DNA of 64,000 bases from Podarcis erhardii (lineage: Eukaryota), in assembly GCA_964252035.1 (NCBI GenBank), contig OZ176209.1; one strand, 5' to 3'. Below are positions 38,546 to 51,788 of this stretch, in pieces. The translations under genes were made by a program, and so were the position numbers. The notes beneath the pieces were generated by a model, which made no database searches, was not told the DNA's origin, and worked only from the letters and a program-made list of their open reading frames with translations. Position 1 is the first letter of the stretch; each line of letters starts with the position of its first letter.

Positions 38546-41346
38546 CACATTCATCCCATAATCACAGACATTTGAGGGAAAGGTGCACACTGAGAACTAG
38601 ATCCACCCCCCACCAGCCCAAAAGATGACTGTCTAGTTGAGAATAAATGGAGGCTAAAACTTCATTCCCAGAGGGAGAAGTGTCATAAATAAGTTTAAGA
38701 ACTTGGCATTATCAGCCTCCTTACATGTGTGCAGTTATACATTATTATACACTATATAAAGTTTAGCTGGGAATGAGAAAGTGATGATTGAGGGGTGCTG
38801 AAATGAAACTTGCTCACATTTCTGGCTCTGTTTCCAGCACCCATTCATGTGTAAGAAGCCTTCTCTTGGTTCACTGGCAGTCAATAATGGTTCAATAAGG
38901 AGTTACTAATGGACATTTTGTCTCCTCTTTCCACTTCCCTTCCATGTTCTGCAATGACCTGCGTGTCAATGGTTCCATTTACCATCTTCCAGCCCAATGA
39001 CACTGATGTAAGTAAGGAGCTTTGAAGGCCAAGAGATTTCCCAGAAGCCCCTTCCTGTGTGTGCTTCATAAAACATTGATAGTCATGTGTCATTTGTGTG
39101 TCAGGAGTTGGGTTGAATACATTTATATGTAGAGTACCTAAATATTGCAGACAAACCAAAGCAAGTTGCCAAGAAGCACTAAAGAGTCTGAGTCATATAA
39201 TGGGAAAAGTTTGAAGGTTCAGAAATGGCTTGATACCTATGAAGTCATCAGAGGCTGATGAGCTTTAACATATTTCATGAATAAGTACATTTTAAGCTTT
39301 TCCACCCCAGCAGCCCTAGAGCAGCAGCTAGAGTTACAAAGCCTTGATTCTGATGCGGTTGAGCTCACGGTCCGATTCAGTCCTGTGCAACTTCTAAACA
39401 ACTTTGCAAATAAGTTCACAATAGTTACTAGCCTTGTTGCTGCATCATCAGGTGAAGTTTGATCTTTCCAGAGCTAGGGATTTAGCCTGCTTTCTAAGAC
39501 ATGGCTTCTAAGAACAGAATACCAATCTGTTTCTTCAGAATGTATTCCATCTGATTGCTCCTTTGTGCCAGTGGAGGCTGGGGCATAACTAATCAGCTTA
39601 GTTGCCTGTGGAGAGTAGACATTGCTTCCAGAAGACCAGGTGGAGAAGTTTTTTTTTAACTGCAAAAACATTTGCCCACCCAACCCCTGCCTCCCTTTCA
39701 GGATGTCAGTCTACACCTAGGAGAACTATTTTCTTAATACGGGGAGAGAAAAAAAGATTTTTTTTTTGTCTTTGTGATAGATATGACACTCCATATGATG
39801 CAAAGCCAATCATAAGCATTTAATGGAATTTCTACAGCCTACCAGCTTAATTAATATGCAGGTGGGCCCTGGAAGGGTAAACAGACTAGTGGGAATCTGA
39901 TTATCACAATCAGTTCTTGTCTCCAGGAAATATTTGCATTCCTGTCTGACAGGATTGTGCAGCTTAATCAAAGAATGGGATTCAGTTGGTGCTGAGTTGA
40001 ATCTACATCTCAAATTAGCTGTCAGGGTACCATAACCTCTTGCTCTAATGCACAATGACAAGGCAATAAAGAAAGTTACAGTCAGGATGACAGCTTATTT
40101 TATCCAGTACAAATCAAGAAAATGTCTATATTTAATAGAAACATATGGCAGAATCTTTGCCACAAGCACAATGAACCAGAGCTGACAGGGCTCTTTTCCC
40201 CACCTTTAAATAGCCTGCTATTTTTTTTTTAAGGGGTTGCTACTTCTACCCTCTCCCAGGCTTCTACAAAAGAGCTGCACAACACCTCAATCTCCAAGCG
40301 GTGCGAGGTTCCAGGTGCTTACCCATGTTTCATTTTGGAAATGAGGCACCATGGTTTCCACATGGGGGCCACCCAAGGTTTGGGGGACTCCACCTGACCA
40401 TGCAAACTCATAACAATAAATACTTCTGTGGATATTTCAGTGTTCCTGGTTTATATAGCAATTCATATAAGAAAATTTCAATCTATTTCTTTTTTGGTGT
40501 CCCTTCTGTAAAATTGGGGGACACTGCTCATTTACTAATAAAATATATTTTAACTGGGATTTGGCCTCCTGATGGAGGAGTAAGCAGCTTTGGGGAGATA
40601 GACACTCCCTTTCCTCTATGTCTTAATTGGGTCAAAAGAAAGAAAATTGAGCTCTCCCATTAAATCCCAGTGATTATCACTCAATCATCTATGTGTCTTC
40701 ATACTTGCTGGTTTGATTGACAGCAATAGGGTGCCTTTGGCAGTACTTTTATTGACAGATTTTCCCAATCTGTTCCATTAACCACAGAGCAGGCATGTGA
40801 TTCCTGGGCTAATGTGCATGTTTTAAAAAATGACTGATCCACATTAAGAAGCTCCATGATTTCTTCAATTATTGTTGTTCTTTAATAAAAAGACAACATT
40901 TTCATCAGCTTCTCCCTTGTGCATCTTAGATAATAACAGTCCTCTGTTAAAAAAAAAGAATAGAAAAGTGAAAAAGACAGATCAATTTATTTAGTGCAGG
41001 AATATGGAACGTTTTGTAGCTGACAGGCAGATATTATTCCCACCCACCCCCCTCTGCTGGCCAGATTTGACAATTTGGCAGAACCATCCTCATGTCATGT
41101 CTGATGTCACTGTGATAGCCCCAGTTGTTGGGACTTCAAAGGGCAGCATAAGCTGATTGAAAGCCCTTTTTTAAGCAGCCCTGAGCTGCTCTTTAAACGT
41201 TCAAAAACTGGGGGTTCAAAGAACAGAGTGGGGCTGCTTGCAAAGGGGCTGTTAAACAGCTCCATGTTGCACTTTGGTCATGTGCATCTATTCCCAGCAG
41301 GGGATTTTGGTGTATGCAGCCAAGCTGAGCAGGATTTAACCCCCTT

Positions 41347-41407
41347 GAGATGAGCGCTGCAACCTCAGAGTCATCCGTGACTGGACCTAATGATCCCTTT
41401 ACCTTTT
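41347..41407 (+). mobile_element. Sauria SINE 3' tail (5'-truncated insertion)
   Basis: gagatgagcgctgcaacctcagagtc...ctggacctaatgatccctttacct. Confidence 0.75.
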
Positions 41408-41847
41408 TATCCCTGATGAACAGGAGTTAAAACCTGCTGCTTTGTATACAGTATGTGTGCAAAGGAGGTTCAAAGAACAGTACAGAGCTGCTGGCAAAGG
41501 GACTTTCAAACAGCCCCATGCTGTGCATTGGTTGCATGTGGCTCTTCCCAGAAGGGAAATAGATTCATGCAGCCAAACTGAGCAGGATTTAATCCCTGCT
41601 TATCAGCTGATGAGAAAGAGCTAAAACCTGCTGCTTCTGCTGTGCACACTATTTGATAGCAGGGGAACAGCTAACATAGAATCAACCCCCCACCCCTGCC
41701 CATCAACTGGAGTAACATCAGTTGATTGGCAGATGGGCATGGTTTTGGGTGTTTGTTTGTTTTTTGAAAAAATGATTCATGTTCCAAATTTCCTTCACTG
41801 GGAGGCCTCGCAGTTTGAAGGTTCCCCACCCCTGATTTAGGTCCTCT

Positions 41848-42036
41848 ATAAACAGCGTTTCCGTGCACTGCTCTGGTTTCGCCAGAAGCGGCTTAGTCAT
41901 GCTGGCCACATGACCCAGAAAATCTGTCTGCAGACAAACGCCAGCTCCCTTGGCCAGTAAAGCGAGATGAACGCTGCAACCCCAGAGTCGTTCGCGACTG
42001 GACTTAGCTGTTAGGGGTCCTTTACCTTTACCTTTT
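41848..42036 (+). mobile_element. Sauria SINE, 3' half
   Basis: gcgtttccgtgcactgctctggtttcgccagaagcggcttagtcatgctggccacatgacc...cctttacctttacct. Confidence 0.9.
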
Positions 42037-43163
42037 TATAGACTGCTTAGTATCCACAGATCTTGAAGCAGTTTGCAATACCAAAAATCCAAATACATCT
42101 AAATACATACATGGACAAGAAGCCGACTTTCAGAAGATTCACATTAAGAAATACATAAACATGCAATATCCATACCCATAATAACCATAAGATAAGGTAA
42201 TAAAAAACTAATGTGTAGCATGCTAAAATCTCCCAACCAACATAAAACTCACAGTTTACGCAACCCCTCACAACATATTCCTCCAGTAATTTCCAACAAC
42301 AGATTGATCATCCAACGCATGGCAGGAAACACACATGGAAGAATTGTACTGGACAAATCAGTAAGCACAGAATGAATGATAATTATGAAACCCACAGGGA
42401 CCAACAATATTTTCTTACTCACCATTTAACCCTCCATGTATTGTTAGGTTCAATGCTGTGACACATGTCAACTTTGGTTCACTTCAGATCTTCAACTGAA
42501 GCAAATGGACAGTGCCCGAGGACACTATACAATGTTCATATATCATTTGTCAAACTGTTACCAGAAAACCAGAGGCAGCCAACATTGTCACTGCTTTCTC
42601 CATTGTGCAACAATCTTTACTATTACTATCAAGGGCATCTGGTTCTGTCATGTTTACCTACACTGAAATTTGCTTTGATGCACCAAATAGTCATCATTCC
42701 ACACTGAACACAGCATATGAAGCAACAAACATGTATCTAACACATAAGAAGCAAACACCAGGGAGTGGTATTTGTTCCAAACTCCTAGGCTCATATTTCT
42801 TGTACATCTGCATATGTATGTCTCAGTTGGAAACATTTCAGAAAAGTCATGGTGAACAAGGCATGGTGAAGTAGCTTAATCCAATTTAAGATAAAATACA
42901 GCATAACCACATTCACATAAAGAACAACTGCCACTCTAGGAAGCTGAGCTGAAAAGACCACTGGGACACTTCTTTCATAGGCTTACTTAAAATGATCCTT
43001 CTTGTGGAGAAAGCTGAAGGGGATGTAACACACCAGCATATGATGTGCAAATGTTGCCTGAATTAGACATGCCTGCTCCTTACTCCTGTAAAAATACCTA
43101 ATGATGCCCAGGTAAATGCAGTCTAAAGTGAGACATTATTTAACTCCTCCTCTTGTATTCCAG

Positions 43164-43208
43164 TGCAGTGATGTGGATGGTCTGTGTCCCTTGAACTGTC
43201 AGAATGAT
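43164..43208 (+). CDS. CACNA2D4: CACNA2D4 exon, 45 bp: CSDVDGLCPLNCQND
   Basis: ttccag|TGC...GAT|gtaagt; phase 0; homologous to CSTVDGPCTQSCEDS. Confidence 0.9.
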
Positions 43209-44974
43209 GTAAGTTGCTAGTTTTATTTTTATTTTTTTTAAAAATTGTTCAGACCTATAATTGAGGAAATGTAACTTGAGGGTTCTGTGACTCAGAATCA
43301 TTATTATTCCCCTGTTGCTTTTTATTTGCTTGGCTAGTTTTTGTTTTTTACAGATGGGGAAAGAGATGGTTCATTGCTGAGGGCCATTCTCTTTGCCTGA
43401 GATCCAAACCAGATATGGTAGGGCAACCGTCAGAAATAAAGTAGGTGGGTCTATTCCTTGCAAGGGGGAAGAGAGAAAAACTTCCCGTGTTCTATGCTTT
43501 AAGCAGTTTTCTCCTAGTTCATTTTTGACACCAGACATGAGCTGGACAAATTGAGTAAAGCGGAAGAGCGCAGAGAGATAAGATGAGCAGGGAGATCAGA
43601 TTTCCACTTTCCTCTACACATGTTTTACCCATGTAAATGATGGACCTGATCCCCATGAAGTAGGGATGTGGATAAAGTACAGCCTCATCATGTCCCATTT
43701 GGTCCCTAGCCAGAATTTGAACCCAGGTGGCTCTATACATGTAAATTATTTACTGACCACTAATCAGCCTAACCTCTCAGAGCTGTTTAAAATGTGAGAA
43801 AAAGAAAATGCATTAGTTTTTATTGCATTCTTAGCCCATCCTTTCCTCAAGAAATGCAAAGGTGCATATGGTTCATTCTCTTTTAGTCTCCACGGTATGT
43901 TAGAATGGGGGGGACGGGACTGGCCCACGGTTACCTAGCAAACTTCCTAGCTAAACAAGGATCTGAACCTCTTGTTTCCTCAGTTACAGACCAGCACTCA
44001 AGGCAAGAAGCCTTAAAAATACATCTTTGAAGGTTCTGATAAGACAATGTGGCTCTGAAAAATGGCATATGAAAACCTCTTGAGGGTTTTATGTGGACTG
44101 GAAGGACTTGGACTTTCATAATAATTCTGGAATCCATTTAGAAAGCTTACAGAATTGCAGTACCCCATATTATTCCCAAATATCAATTGTGTATTGAGAG
44201 TGTCATTAAGTTTAATTAATTGTTATGAAAACATTGTGAGAACCACAGCTATGACTAATTATGAAGATAAGCATGTGAATATAGTGTTCATTCAGGCTTA
44301 AGCAGTATGTGGACTAAGAACTCCCAGAAGTGCAAGCTGGATTTCAAAGGGGCAGAGGAACCTGAGACCAAATTGCAAACATGTGCTGGAGTATGGAGAA
44401 AGCTAGAGAGCTCCAGAAAAACATCTACTTCATTTCTCTAGCCTGCAGTTGCTTTTTTAATGAGTTACCGGACTTGTACCTTGCAGTACACCGCTGTGTT
44501 TACTTTGCCCCAAAGATGCTACAAAGAATGCTACAGAGTCTAGACAGAACTGCATGAGCTCTATGAAGCCAAATGGAACAGGATTCTGGGATAGCCTCGC
44601 ATGAGCCCCCAAATATGCTTTACTTTGGGGGGGAAACAGTATGGAGTGTAAGCCTACAATAGTAGTGCAAAAGTACAACCAGTACTCTGATATCAAATTC
44701 AGGAAACTTGTAAGCAAGCACAGAAATAACAAAACATCAGAGAGTCTTAGGTGATGTACACATTAGCAGCTTAAAACACAGCAAGGACATTCCCCAGGCA
44801 CACACCCACACACACTGCATGTCAAGTCACATTTGCTGATTGTTGTACACACCACAGAGGGGACAGGGATGTCTTCACCCAACGTGCAGACCTGCCCCTA
44901 TAGCACTTCCCCAAGCTCCTATTCATGAAACTCATCTGTGCATGCGCAATAGGGGGAGATTATTGGGCTGCTTT

Positions 44975-45068
44975 TAGTTTTTGTTATGTATTTTGTGCTT
45001 TTTACATTGTAATTGCCCTGAGATCTATGGGTATATGGCAATATGCAAATTTAATAAATAATATAATA
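44975..45068 (+). mobile_element. L2-type 3' tail
   Basis: tgtaattgccctgagatctatgggtatatggcaatatgcaaatttaataaataat. Confidence 0.5.
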
Positions 45069-45488
45069 GATGTCTCAAGTGTACACAGCTCAATTTAATT
45101 GCAAAACGAATGTGGCATAAGTTTCCTTTCAGATTAATGGCAGTCTATGGGGAAACACATCAAACAGTTGTATTTCTCAGGAAACTACAGGATTTATCTG
45201 ATTTATTTAACAAAATTTATATACTGCTTGATTGTAAAACAATAAAATTAAGTTTAGAAATCTCTAAGTGGTTAGCTTTCTGTTGTGGGTAACATTGTGT
45301 GTACATGGATTCAAAAGCCAGTGGTGGGAGCAAACCGGAGCCAGAGTTAACGGTAATGGCTTACATAAGACCACTAGAACTGGAAGCAGAATCATAGCAG
45401 CTCACAGGGTAAGGCAGAAGCTTTCATACTAGGCAATATTGTCTTCTCTATAGCTGAAATTCCTTCCTCATTCTTTTTTTCTCTTCAG

Positions 45489-45551
45489 AATCTGAACTGC
45501 TTTCTCATTGATAATAATGGATTTATACTCGTTTCCAAAGCCTCCAAACAG
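45489..45551 (+). CDS. CACNA2D4: CACNA2D4 exon, 63 bp: NLNCFLIDNNGFILVSKASKQ
   Basis: ctcttcag|AAT...CAG|gtaaga; conserved alpha2delta IDNNGFI motif. Confidence 0.93.
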
Positions 45552-46514
45552 GTAAGAAGTTTTCTGTGCTTACTTATAAAGCCTGTTTATAGAGCTGGGG
45601 GGCAGGGAGGAGCAAATTGGACAAATCTGCAGATTTCTTTTGTTAAGGCTTAAGCAAGGGGACTTCAGGCTTTCCCCCAAAAGAACAGTGAATACGTGCA
45701 CTAATCACTTTTTAGACTTCGTGCAAATTTGTGAATCTCCCAAGATAATTATATTTATTAACTATAATTGCACCCTACCTTTCCAATAAGGAACTCAGGG
45801 TTGAGTTTTATCTTCTTTTAAACCAGGCCACATTACCTCATGGTCAACTTTCTAGAGGCTGCATGCCAACACTGGACAGGCCTAGAGGTAATAGTGGGTG
45901 GAGCAATGAAAGTAACTCTTGCACAATAGGCTACATTCCAGCCAGGACGGGCTTGTCCATCAGGTGGACAAGCAGCAGAAGGCAGAAGTCCAAGAGGTGA
46001 CACCCATTGCAGGCACCCTGCTCACCCCGCCACCACTTCCAGTGGCAGAGAAGCAGCAGTGGCAGCTTCCAGCAAGATCTCACCAAAACCTTGTGAGATC
46101 TCATCAAGAGCTCGTCGGAACCCACTATCTTCATGGATAGTGGGCACTGCTTCATCCTTACAACATCATACCATATAGTACGCCTGTACTGTATTACTAT
46201 CCCCATAGTTTAGATGATAAGCTGAGAAATGGTGACTTGTCTAAGGCCACGTGGTGAGTGCATGGCTGAGCTAAGATTTGCATTTCATTTTTATTGACCA
46301 TGGCGCCACACACTTCTCTAAACCCCTCTTTGCTAAACAGCCTGAGGACATAGCAGAGCACCGCCTGCTTAAAGGGCTTGTTTTATGATAGTGGCAATAT
46401 TAAGTATAGGATTTCAAACTCGTAGTGGGGATGGATTAGCTGGACTGAGAAAAAGCTGAGGAAGTTTATCTATAGTTTCTGCTTTTTTCTCTCTTTATCT
46501 CCCTGTGTTTGCAG

Positions 46515-46585
46515 ACCAGCAAATTTTTGGGAGAAGTGGATGGCTCTGTTATGACCCAGCTTATAAGCATGGGAATGTTCAAACA
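46515..46585 (+). CDS. CACNA2D4: CACNA2D4 exon, 71 bp: TSKFLGEVDGSVMTQLISMGMFK(Q)
   Basis: tttgcag|ACC...ACA|gtaagt; FLGEVDG motif. Confidence 0.93.
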
Positions 46586-47257
46586 GTAAGTATTACTATC
46601 TCCTCTGTATTGATTTCCTTTCAGAGAAGAGCCTGGTTGAAGCAAAATGCCTTATCCCCATTGAGAATTATCACAGCTAAACATTAAAAAAGAGAATGAA
46701 GACAGTGGGGTGTGGAACATTGCCTCAGTTGTTAGGACTTGTTCACATTTGTTATCCATAGAAAGATTCAAGCATCTCCAGGTACATACCGTACTCACAT
46801 AGGCAAATGTAATGTGTGAACTGCATAATAATGGGTGCAGCCAGTACCGATTCTATGATTGCAGCAGCCAAAAAAAGCATTGCTGCGGTAACAGGAATCA
46901 CTCCTGATTATATCCACTGTCACACAGTTTGTGCACAATGTGAACGAATGCAAAATGTTACCTATTTTTATTTCCCTGCTTGTGTTCTAAGAATGCATGT
47001 TGAAACAAACAAATACACAAAAATACAGGCACATATCTTTTTTTAAATGTCAGAAGTAACATTACATTACTGTGTAGCAATACAATTTCATGTGGCTTCA
47101 TCTAGGCCGTTTATGTTCCTGACTTGGAGGCCCTTATATGTTACCAGAACAGCATGGGAGCCCAGAACCATGTGAGCAAAGCTAACTGTGTTTGCTATTC
47201 CCATCCAATGTTTCCCTGTACAGCATAGTACAGGTCACAGGCTTTCAAACATTATCT

Positions 47258-47424
47258 GCAGCTCATTGGTAAAGCACATGTTTCGTATGCAAAGGTTCTA
47301 GGTTAAACCCCTGGCTTCTCTGGTGAAAACCTATGTGTAAAACTCTGGAGAGCTGTTGCCAGTCAGTGCAGACAATGATGAGCAAAATGATCTGACATGG
47401 TGTAAAGGAGTTTCCTATGTCCAT
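47258..47424 (+). mobile_element. tRNA-derived SINE (family as 8915)
   Basis: gctcattggtaaagcacatg...ggttaaacccctggc...tgccagtcagtgcagacaat...ttcctatgtcc. Confidence 0.7.
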
Positions 47425-47934
47425 GTGTTCCGAAGCAGTTCCCATGTTGCTGATGTAGCATACAGAGGGATGCAGAGTCAGACACAAATGGCATAAAGAA
47501 ATCTGAGAGCCCAGCCAGATGTGTCTGGAAGAGCACAAACCTGTCCAGTTTGGACCTGGCCATGGGGAAGAAATGCAGCTGTTGGGCTTTGCAGCTGGCT
47601 GGGAATAGTTGCTATGATGTTTCTAGTTGTCAAAAGCAGCTTTCAGGACCTTGGCATGAGTAAAAATAGCAGCTGAGGTAACTCGAGTAAATCGCATACA
47701 AAGTTTTCATAGGGTAGGGGCATATTGTGACATCAGTAAGAAGTTTCTTCATCAGATACCACATAGTCAATCAAACACTGTATGGGAGTAGATCCTGTTG
47801 TGCTAATCCAATGCTAAGCACAAACTAAACTAAATTATTAGGATGAGGATATATGGCTGTTCCCTGTGTGAAGACAGATCCAGGCTAGAATTCATGCAGG
47901 ACAAATGAATGTGTTTGCAGCTATGTTGAGCAAA

Positions 47935-48070
47935 GGGCATGTGACAGAGCACATGTTTTGCATGCAGAAAATCTCAGGTGCAGTTCCTGGCATGTCCACT
48001 AAAAATCTCGCATAGTAGACCTGGGCAAAACAACTGCTAGACCTTTGAAAGTCACCTTCAATCAGAATTT
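47935..48070 (+). mobile_element. Degraded tRNA-derived SINE
   Basis: gagcacatgttttgcatgcagaaaatctcaggtgcagttcctggcat. Confidence 0.55.
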
Positions 48071-48076
48071 AAAAAC

Positions 48077-48205
48077 GTAAAGGACCCCTGGACAGTTAAG
48101 TCTAGTCAAAGGCGACTATGGACTGTGGCGCTCATCTCGCATCAGGCCGAAGGAGCCGGCGTTTCCAAGTCATGTGGCCAGCATGACTAAACTGCTTCTG
48201 GCGCC
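48077..48205 (-). mobile_element. Sauria SINE 3' part, antisense
   Basis: gtaaaggacccctggacagttaagtc...ggcgctcatctcgc...gtcatgtggccagcatgactaa. Confidence 0.85.
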
Positions 48206-48336
48206 ACAGTGTTCCGTTGCACCACTATACAATCAGAGTGCACAGTAGTGGGCTAGGCAGACTGGTGGACTCTTGGGCTAAGCTGGTGTGTTGAACACAT
48301 TGGCCCACTTGTCAGTTTTTTATGGTTTTTTTGCAG

Positions 48337-48412
48337 GGTGAAAATGTACGATTACCAAGCCATGTGTAAAATGCCCCACCACCACCATAGTGGTGCACGC
48401 CCTCTTCTCAGT
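48337..48412 (+). CDS. CACNA2D4: CACNA2D4 exon, 76 bp: (Q)VKMYDYQAMCKMPHHHHSGARPLLS
   Basis: ttttttgcag|GGT...AGT|gtaagt; YDYQAMC motif; phase matches the previous exon. Confidence 0.93.
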
Positions 48413-50804
48413 GTAAGTATCTGTAAGCGTTTCTACATAATACATAAAACACGGAATAAAATATATTAGAGCAGCATTGGTCCAGTTCTTTAAGTCATTC
48501 TGCTCCAGGGTGAGACCATCCCATGCCTCACCATCGTTGCCAGGCATGGGGTGCAGCAGAGAGCGGTGTGAGGGCAGAAGTGCCTTTGCTTCCCCTGCTG
48601 ATTACACTGAGGGTGGAATCGTGCTTATCATCCTTGTCTTTGCTACAAGCCTGATTGCTTTTCCTGTGCTCTTATTTGAGGACTATGCAAGGACAGAAGA
48701 AGAAGCCAAGGCACGTCTTCCCTCATGTCCTCTTCTCCATGTACTCTGATTGTGGGGGCTGGACACAATTACGTCATTTATCTGATGACGCCAGTGAAGG
48801 CAGACTGGGAAGGGGATTTTAATTGTTTATTACAGGACAGGAGATTTCCTGGTTTTTCACTAATATCTTTTTGCTGGTGTCACAACAAAGATGATGATTT
48901 AAACCCAAGTCCAGAGTGCTGCTATTCCTTCACCTACAGCCTATGTGCTCAGAAAAATGTGGCACTTGCATAGTGAGAATATATTTCTGATCCAGCAACC
49001 AATTAGCCGTCTCCAATTTTCCTTTCCCAAAGTAAGTAATTTCCACTCTGTTTCACACATGCATTTAGCCGGAGTCAGCAGACCAAGCAAAACAATTCCA
49101 AAATTCAATGGGGAAAGGCACAGGTAAAAATTGACCCATCATTCTGCAATTGATCCTGGGATCTGTTTCATGCTACATGTATTGACCAAATAGCAGTACA
49201 TGTGTATTAAAGATGGAAGATACCAGAGACAATGCATTCTAGGGATGGAAAGTTGCTGAACTTTTCCTTCCTTTTCTCCCCCCCCCCCATCTCAATTTAT
49301 GCCTGCTGCATCTTTCACCAGTAATCAAAATGAACTCTGAATTAATCCTGCATTGGAGCACTCTGGGGCCAATTTTGGCTATATGAAATTGTTGCTGTCT
49401 ACTAGTTCTGTGCCAGGAAAGTTTCAGGTTGTGGCACCCTTAATTGATCAGAATAGGATTTGTTTGTTAGAGTTGGATTAACTAAGTAGTTGTATCTGGC
49501 ATTACATAATTAAATTTGTATTAACTAAATAGGGAAACACTCACTAATTACAGTTGGACTGTTACTGCAAATGAAAAGGCTTTTTATCACCCATGTTAGC
49601 TCTAGTCCTTTAGGAGATTTAGCCTTGTCCTTTGAAGGAGAGATGGGTGGATATGTGAAAATGTAGTGCTTTTCCAGCTCTGAGTAAAAACAATATAAGC
49701 TCACCACAGGTCCTGAACCTGGCGCCTTGAATATGGTAGGCAGTGGTTTAGCTTGTCACCATCAAGTAAAACTAAGAAACCCAGTAAAGGCAAGCCTTTC
49801 TTAAACATCAAAATGTCAGAATTTATCATATGGCAAAGCCTAAAGGCTTCTTCAGACATCTTTTTTTATTGTGCATCCAGAATTATTTCTGCTTCTCATT
49901 GTATTGGGGTGGTGATATGCACGATACCATTTACAATACTGTTTGTGGTAAAAGTTTTGGGATGGACATACTTCTTCATTCCCTGTTGGTGCATGTCCCA
50001 TAGTTTCCTATTGAAATTCTGTAACTTTTTAATAATACAGTACAAGTGTTCCGGGGTGTCCCGCTTTTGCTGCACTATAGTGCAAGAGTGCTCATCCAGA
50101 TAGCAATAATGTTTGGTAATGCTGGGGAAGCATTAGAGAACAAGTAATAAAGCAGAATGATGTGTAGATGGTCCAGTATAAACCCACCACTAATGCAGTA
50201 TTACTGTGTCAATGGCATAGTACAGAATATAGCCCCCCCCCCGAAAACCCCCACCCATCTGGAGGGGTCCTACTACTTATTAAAGTTTCCTGGAGAGGCT
50301 TGTGTCTGGTTACAGCAGCAAAATGCTTGACCTTGGTTCCTGCTAAGGTTCATCTAGCGGCCCATCCTTGCTCTTCTGATCTTGCCACTCCACCTGACAA
50401 GCACTGACAAGCACTTGGCCAAAGGGATCTTAAAATGCTACAGAAAACCCTCCAAATTCTAAAACCAAAACATTCAAATTGAGCTTTTACAATAAAACTA
50501 TGTAAATGAGGCATACCTGATTTGGTTGAGTAACTCATCGTTTCTTTTAAAATTATGTTTTGGTACCTTTTTGTCAAAAGACAAGGATATCAGTCCAATA
50601 GCTTTCATCATTAATTCATTCATCGTTTTATGAATCTCACTCTATCATGTCTGTTTGTTTATATAACTTTAATGAGGTGCTTTAAGAAATGTTTTGAATG
50701 TTGCTTTGAGCATGTACAAAAGCATGGAAATTAACTCATAAATCATATAAATAAACAAATTGTGAGGAGAGCTGGAGATGAGCAGACATTTAAAAAAGGG
50801 GGGG

Positions 50805-50911
50805 GGGGGAGTTGGAGTGATGGTCATGAGAAGAAACTGGAAATATAACAGCTAAAATCCGATGTCTTCTCCAGTCCAATATCTGGAGGGCCACAGGTTC
50901 CCTCTCCCTGC
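50805..50911. mobile_element. Partial hAT MITE (MER20/URR1-like right end)
   Basis: atctggagggccacaggttccctctccctg. Confidence 0.45.
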
Positions 50912-51691
50912 TGTTTGGAAACTAGCTCGCCTGACAGAATGAAACAAAAAAGTAATCCCTGGAAATGTCACCATTGTTGTTTATAAGAAGAAAGCACTAA
51001 TGGAGAGAACAAAAAATACAGACTGAACCTTTGACCTTATTAGGTTTCTACTCAGATATAGCTTTGAGTTCATACAACACTGTAGTTGAGAATGATATTA
51101 GAATTAAGATATACAAATATACCTCACATGTCATATTCCCACAAAAGAAAAATAATACCTTTGCTCCAAAGCAGAGTTGCCTAAATCCTTCAGAAGAGAC
51201 TATCCACATTTTCAGCATGATCATGAGGATTAGAAATCCCCTGATATTAAAATTGTTCTGCATTGTGTAGCACCTACCAGTTTATATGCTAGAGGCCTTA
51301 TTGCATTAGGCACTCCTACTAACAAGGTTTGTGTGGTGTTTTGCTTTTGTGTACAGTTTGAAGTGGAAACACTATTTTCCACCGTTAGAACAAAAATGTT
51401 TTCTAAAGTTTTAGTCGCACAAATAGCTTTAGCTCTTTCTTTCTACGAGCTATTTAGGCTATTACGGTTGAAGAGAGCCAGTTAAGTAATTATGTCTTCA
51501 AAGACTCATGCGAATTCCCGATAAGCTTTCCAACCTTTCCAAAGATGAGGTTCAGAATTATTATTGGTAGTAGGCTGACTTGTATGCATATTGCTGCTTC
51601 TTAGAATCTGCCTCCTAATTTGTAGATTGGCTTCTGGAATTGTGGGCTCTGTAAAATACTCCTCTTCTTTGGCTTTCTTCTTTTTCAACAG

Positions 51692-51744
51692 CCAGTTTAT
51701 GCCTTATTGGGAGCACTAAAGTGGCTGATAACTGACTTCCTCAT
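51692..51744 (+). CDS. CACNA2D4: CACNA2D4 exon, 53 bp: PVYALLGALKWLITDFL(I)
   Basis: tttttcaacag|CCA...CAT|gtgagt; homologous to PISAFLTATRWLLQELVL. Confidence 0.88.
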
Positions 51745-51788
51745 GTGAGTACAAACATTTTGGAGTTCTGGAGGGAAATATCATTAGA

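Noticed and set aside
41660-41834. Complete hAT MITE
   Set aside because: Right TIR (gttccccacccctg) is clear, but the left TIR and TSD could not be matched
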